Source: Desulfobacterales bacterium
Lineage (GTDB): Bacteria; Desulfobacterota; Desulfobacteria; Desulfobacterales; UBA5852
Assembly: GCA_963674755.2 (NCBI GenBank)
Contig: CAXXVS010000001.1
Location: 448,001 to 512,000 of the forward strand
Reading direction: 5' to 3'
Length of the DNA stretch: 64,000 nucleotides
The notes below the pieces were generated by a model that worked only from the letters and a program-made list of their open reading frames with translations, was not told the DNA's origin and ran no database searches. Position numbers and translations under genes: made by a program. Below, one piece after another: positions 60,596-64,000 of this stretch (the stretch's first letter is position 1; each line of letters opens with the position of its first letter).

Positions 60596-61663
60596 ATGAG
60601 ACGCTTTATCAAGAAGACATCCAAGAAAGCGGGGATGCCGCCGGGCAGCCTGGTCCATATCGGCGAGCGTAAGCAGGAGCATGTCCGTATATCGGTGTTG
60701 GATTACGAAGCCGATCGCTTTGACGAGCAGACGCCCGGCGCGGTGGAGGCGGTCTTTCCCTTACGGGAGGAACCCACCACCTCCTGGATCAATATCGACG
60801 GCGTGCACGACATGGCGGTGATCGAGAAGCTGGGCGCTCATTTCCGGATTCACCCCCTGACCCTGGAAGACGTGGTCAACACCTCCCAGCGGCCGAAGAT
60901 GGAAGAATTCGACGACTACCTCTTTGTGGTGCTGAAGATGCTGCGGCACGACGGGGCCGGCCGGGTGCGTTCGGAACAGGTCAGCCTGGTGGTGGGGGTG
61001 AACTTCCTGTTGTCTTTCCAGGAGGCGGAGGGTGATGTCTTCGATGCCGTGCGGGATCGCATCCGCAAGGGTCAGGGACGGATCCGCCGCAGTGGCAGCG
61101 CCTATCTGGCCTATGCCCTGGCGGACTGCATCGTGGACAATTATTTTCTGATCCTGGAGCAGTTGAGTGAAAAAATTGAAACCCTCGAAGGGCGGCTCTA
61201 CGATGCCATCGACGACGGAACGCGTCTGTTGCATGAAATCTACCACCTGAAGCAGGAGATGATTTACCTGCGCAAACAGATCTGGCCCCTGCGGGATACC
61301 TTGAGCCGGCTGACCAAAACCGAAAATCCGCTGGTGCCGGAAAAAACGAAGGTTTTCTTCTCGGATGTCTACGACCACCTGATTCAGGCCCTGGAAATCA
61401 TCGATTCCCTGCATGCCGTCCTTTCGAGCCTGCAGGATCTCTATCTATCCATGAACAGCCAGCGCATGAACGAGGTCATGAAGGTGCTGACCATCATTGC
61501 CACGATTTTCATCCCCATCACCTTCGTGGCCGGCATCTACGGCATGAATTTCGAGTATATGCCGGAGTTGAAGTGGCATTGGGGGTATTTTGCGGTGTGG
61601 GGCCTTTTCGCCGCCATCACGGCCGGCATGCTGGTCTACTTCAGGCGCCGCAAATGGTTATAG
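60596..61663 (+). CDS. corA: magnesium/cobalt transporter CorA
   Basis: IHPLTLED..QRPK, MNEVMKVLT, YGMNF..MPEL. Confidence 0.94.
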   Translation: MRRFIKKTSKKAGMPPGSLVHIGERKQEHVRISVLDYEADRFDEQTPGAVEAVFPLREEPTTSWINIDGVHDMAVIEKLGAHFRIHPLTLEDVVNTSQRPKMEEFDDYLFVVLKMLRHDGAGRVRSEQVSLVVGVNFLLSFQEAEGDVFDAVRDRIRKGQGRIRRSGSAYLAYALADCIVDNYFLILEQLSEKIETLEGRLYDAIDDGTRLLHEIYHLKQEMIYLRKQIWPLRDTLSRLTKTENPLVPEKTKVFFSDVYDHLIQALEIIDSLHAVLSSLQDLYLSMNSQRMNEVMKVLTIIATIFIPITFVAGIYGMNFEYMPELKWHWGYFAVWGLFAAITAGMLVYFRRRKWL

Positions 61664-62998
61664 TTTTTTCAGCAACTGATTGGCCGCCGTGAGCATGGGG
61701 TCCCAGGTGGGCCCGAAGGGCGGGGCATAGGCCAGATCCGTCATACTGAATTGTTCCACGGTCATGTGGGCGTGCAGCGCCACGGCCGGCGCGTGCAGCC
61801 GATGGGCCACGCCGTCATGACCGACCATCTGGACCCCCAGCAGACGACCCGATCCGCGATCCCCCACCATGGAGACCCAGATATCGGACGCACCGGGATG
61901 GGCATGGGCCCGGGAGCGGGATTTGATCACCACCGATGCCGGTTCCAGGCCGGCGGCCCGCGCTTCGTCTTCATTGAGTCCGGTGCGGGCCACCTGGAAG
62001 CCGAAGACTTTGAAGACCGCCGACCCGGCGACGCCCGCCAGGCGGCGGTTGATGCCGCAGACATTGTCGGCCACAGCCCACCCGGCGCGGTTGGCCCGCA
62101 GCGCCAGGGGGATCCAGGTGCGCTGTCCGGTAACCACGTGAAACGCATCGGCACAGTCCCCGGCGGCATAAATGTGTTTGGCCGATGTCCGCTGCCGGGC
62201 ATCCACCGCGATGGCCCCGGCAACCGAGGTCTGCAACTCCGCCGCGGTGGCCAGATCGCTGGTGGGCCGGATACCGACCGCCACCAGAACCAGGTCGGCT
62301 TCCAGCGTGAGATCGGTACATACGACGGCCAGGTGCCCGTTAGCTTTTTCGATCTTCCCGACGGCCTGGCCGAGATGAACGCCAACGCCTTTGGCGGCTA
62401 CTTCGTTTTCGACCTGCGCGGCCAGACGGCTTTCCATCCAGGGCAGAAACGTTTTACGGGGCTTCACCATGTCCACCGCGATATCGCGCTCCCGCAAGGC
62501 CTCGCACATTTCCAGGGCGATATAGCCCATGCCGATGATGACCGTCCTGCGGACATCCCACTGGTCGATGAAGTGTTTGAGGGCACGTCCGTGGGCCAGA
62601 TTTTTAAGAACCATCACCCCGGGCAGGTCGATCCCCGGGATGGCGGGTTTGACCGGAGCGGCCCCGGTGGCGATCAGCAGGTTGTCATAGGGGAAGGTCT
62701 GTTCCCGGCCGTCGCGGTCGTGTGCCGCGACGCACTTGTTTTCCGGGTCGATGGCCGTGGCTTCGATGCCGGTGCGCAGATCGATGCCCTGTTTGTCCCG
62801 GAACACTTCGGCCCGGCGCACCACCAGGTCTTCGATGGACCGGTCGGGATCCGCGATATTGTAAGGCATGCCGCAGGCACTGTAGGATACGTCAGCGGTT
62901 TTTTCGAGGACGGTGACATTCAGATCGGGCTGGTTGCGTTTGGCCCGGCTGGCGGCGCTCATGCCGGCGGCATCGCCGCCGATGACGAGGAAATTCAT
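61658..62998 (-). CDS. CoA-disulfide reductase / NADH oxidase family flavoprotein
   Basis: GGDAAGMSAA, SYSACG, ATGA, GMGYIALE, AAGDC, DLAYAPPF. Confidence 0.88.
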   Translation of the reverse strand: MNFLVIGGDAAGMSAASRAKRNQPDLNVTVLEKTADVSYSACGMPYNIADPDRSIEDLVVRRAEVFRDKQGIDLRTGIEATAIDPENKCVAAHDRDGREQTFPYDNLLIATGAAPVKPAIPGIDLPGVMVLKNLAHGRALKHFIDQWDVRRTVIIGMGYIALEMCEALRERDIAVDMVKPRKTFLPWMESRLAAQVENEVAAKGVGVHLGQAVGKIEKANGHLAVVCTDLTLEADLVLVAVGIRPTSDLATAAELQTSVAGAIAVDARQRTSAKHIYAAGDCADAFHVVTGQRTWIPLALRANRAGWAVADNVCGINRRLAGVAGSAVFKVFGFQVARTGLNEDEARAAGLEPASVVIKSRSRAHAHPGASDIWVSMVGDRGSGRLLGVQMVGHDGVAHRLHAPAVALHAHMTVEQFSMTDLAYAPPFGPTWDPMLTAANQLLKKL

Positions 62999-63206
62999 GG
63001 AAGCCTCCCATCGTGGAACTTGAGGATGACCGCCTGCAGACGGCCGCGACCGGACAAAAGGGCAGCGCAGGCTTGCAAGCGGATCGGCAACCCGCTATAG
63101 GGCTGTCGCAACAGACAACGCTCCGGCCCAGGCGAGATACCCCATTGGCCGGATGCTGCGAGTCAAAACATAGCACTTATTATAAAGCGTTCCAAACGAA
63201 TATCCC

Positions 63207-64000
63207 ATGACCGCCCCCAACGATCCGCATTCATCGCCACCGCCAGGACGACCCGTCTCCCCGGGGGCCCGTTTGCGCGCCCTGGAAGGCCTGTTGCCGG
63301 AGGCCATGGCCCGGGACCGCCATCAGGCCGGGGAGACGATCGGCCATATCCGCTACCAGTTGCGCAAGCGCCGCCGGGTGAAACGCCTGGCGGAACAGTT
63401 GGATGCGCTGGAGCGGCGCCTGGCCCATTCCGCCGCCATCCGCCGGCAGCGCCAGGCCTCGCGGCCCGGCTGGGAGCCCCTCGAAGCGCTGCCCATTACG
63501 GCCCACCGGGAGGCCATCGTGGCGGCCATTGCCGACCATCCGGTGGTCATCGTGGCCGGGGAGACCGGTTCCGGCAAGACCACCCAGCTGCCCAAATTCT
63601 GTCTGGAGGCCGGGCGGGGTCTGGCCGGGTTGATCGGCTGCACCCAGCCGCGGCGCATCGCGGCTACCACGGTGGCCCAGCGGATCGCCGAAGAACTGGG
63701 AGAGCCTCCGGGAAGATCGGTGGGCTACAAGATCCGCTTCCAGGACCGCACCGACCCCAACGGTTATATCAAGGTCATGACCGACGGCATCCTGCTGGCC
63801 GAGGCCCAGGGGGATCCGTCCCTGACCGCCTACGATACCCTCATCGTGGACGAAGCCCACGAACGCAGCCTCAATATCGATTTCATCCTCGGCATTCTCA
63901 AAAAACTGCTCCAGCGGCGCAAGGATCTCAAGCTCGTCATTACATCGGCCACCATCGATACCGAAAAATTTGCCCGGGCCTTCGATGGGGCGCCGATCAT
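63207..64000 (+). CDS. hrpA: ATP-dependent RNA helicase HrpA (3' truncated by window edge)
   Basis: Frame from ATG 63207: [47 protein letters not shown]. Confidence 0.9.
   Translation, partial: MTAPNDPHSSPPPGRPVSPGARLRALEGLLPEAMARDRHQAGETIGHIRYQLRKRRRVKRLAEQLDALERRLAHSAAIRRQRQASRPGWEPLEALPITAHREAIVAAIADHPVVIVAGETGSGKTTQLPKFCLEAGRGLAGLIGCTQPRRIAATTVAQRIAEELGEPPGRSVGYKIRFQDRTDPNGYIKVMTDGILLAEAQGDPSLTAYDTLIVDEAHERSLNIDFILGILKKLLQRRKDLKLVITSATIDTEKFARAFDGAPI

Noticed and set aside
59147..60682. Long antisense ORFs (also 22091-23341, 47753-48964, 53920-55230, 61751-63100)
   Set aside because: Shadow frames of GC-rich genes with clear motifs on the opposite strand; no motifs of their own

Overview
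GC-rich bacterial chromosome segment; gene content (sigma54 enhancer-binding protein, DksA/HU paralogues, REC-fused transporter) suggests Desulfobacterota, which is an inference. In order it holds: an OmpR-type regulator; a decayed acyltransferase/GNAT gene; an atypical mla operon (MlaF fused to a degenerate GGDEF, an RsbW-like kinase, MlaE/D/A, convergent STAS gene); an OYE-family reductase; pxpABC; a Liv-type ABC transporter with two reading-frame lesions behind a ThDP enzyme/homoserine dehydrogenase-like/DUF1445 operon; gdhA; a PAS-PAS-PP2C phosphatase; and hsp20. An AT-rich integron cassette array without integrase (about 33.8-40.6 kb) follows, with four full attC sites and matched cassette ends; its largest cassette, a DUF262-AlbA_2/Schlafen fusion, is split by an IS630 with a TA duplication. 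The right third has a histidine kinase/REC/REC-formate-nitrite-channel operon, a cluster of sigma54 promoters with a degenerate-receiver activator, an MscS/cation-chloride cotransporter/MscS/CorA cluster, a CoA-disulfide reductase-like gene and the 5' part of hrpA. A palindromic MITE-like repeat occurs in four copies. No rRNA, tRNA or CRISPR array was seen. All product calls are from motif recognition by eye, without database searches.
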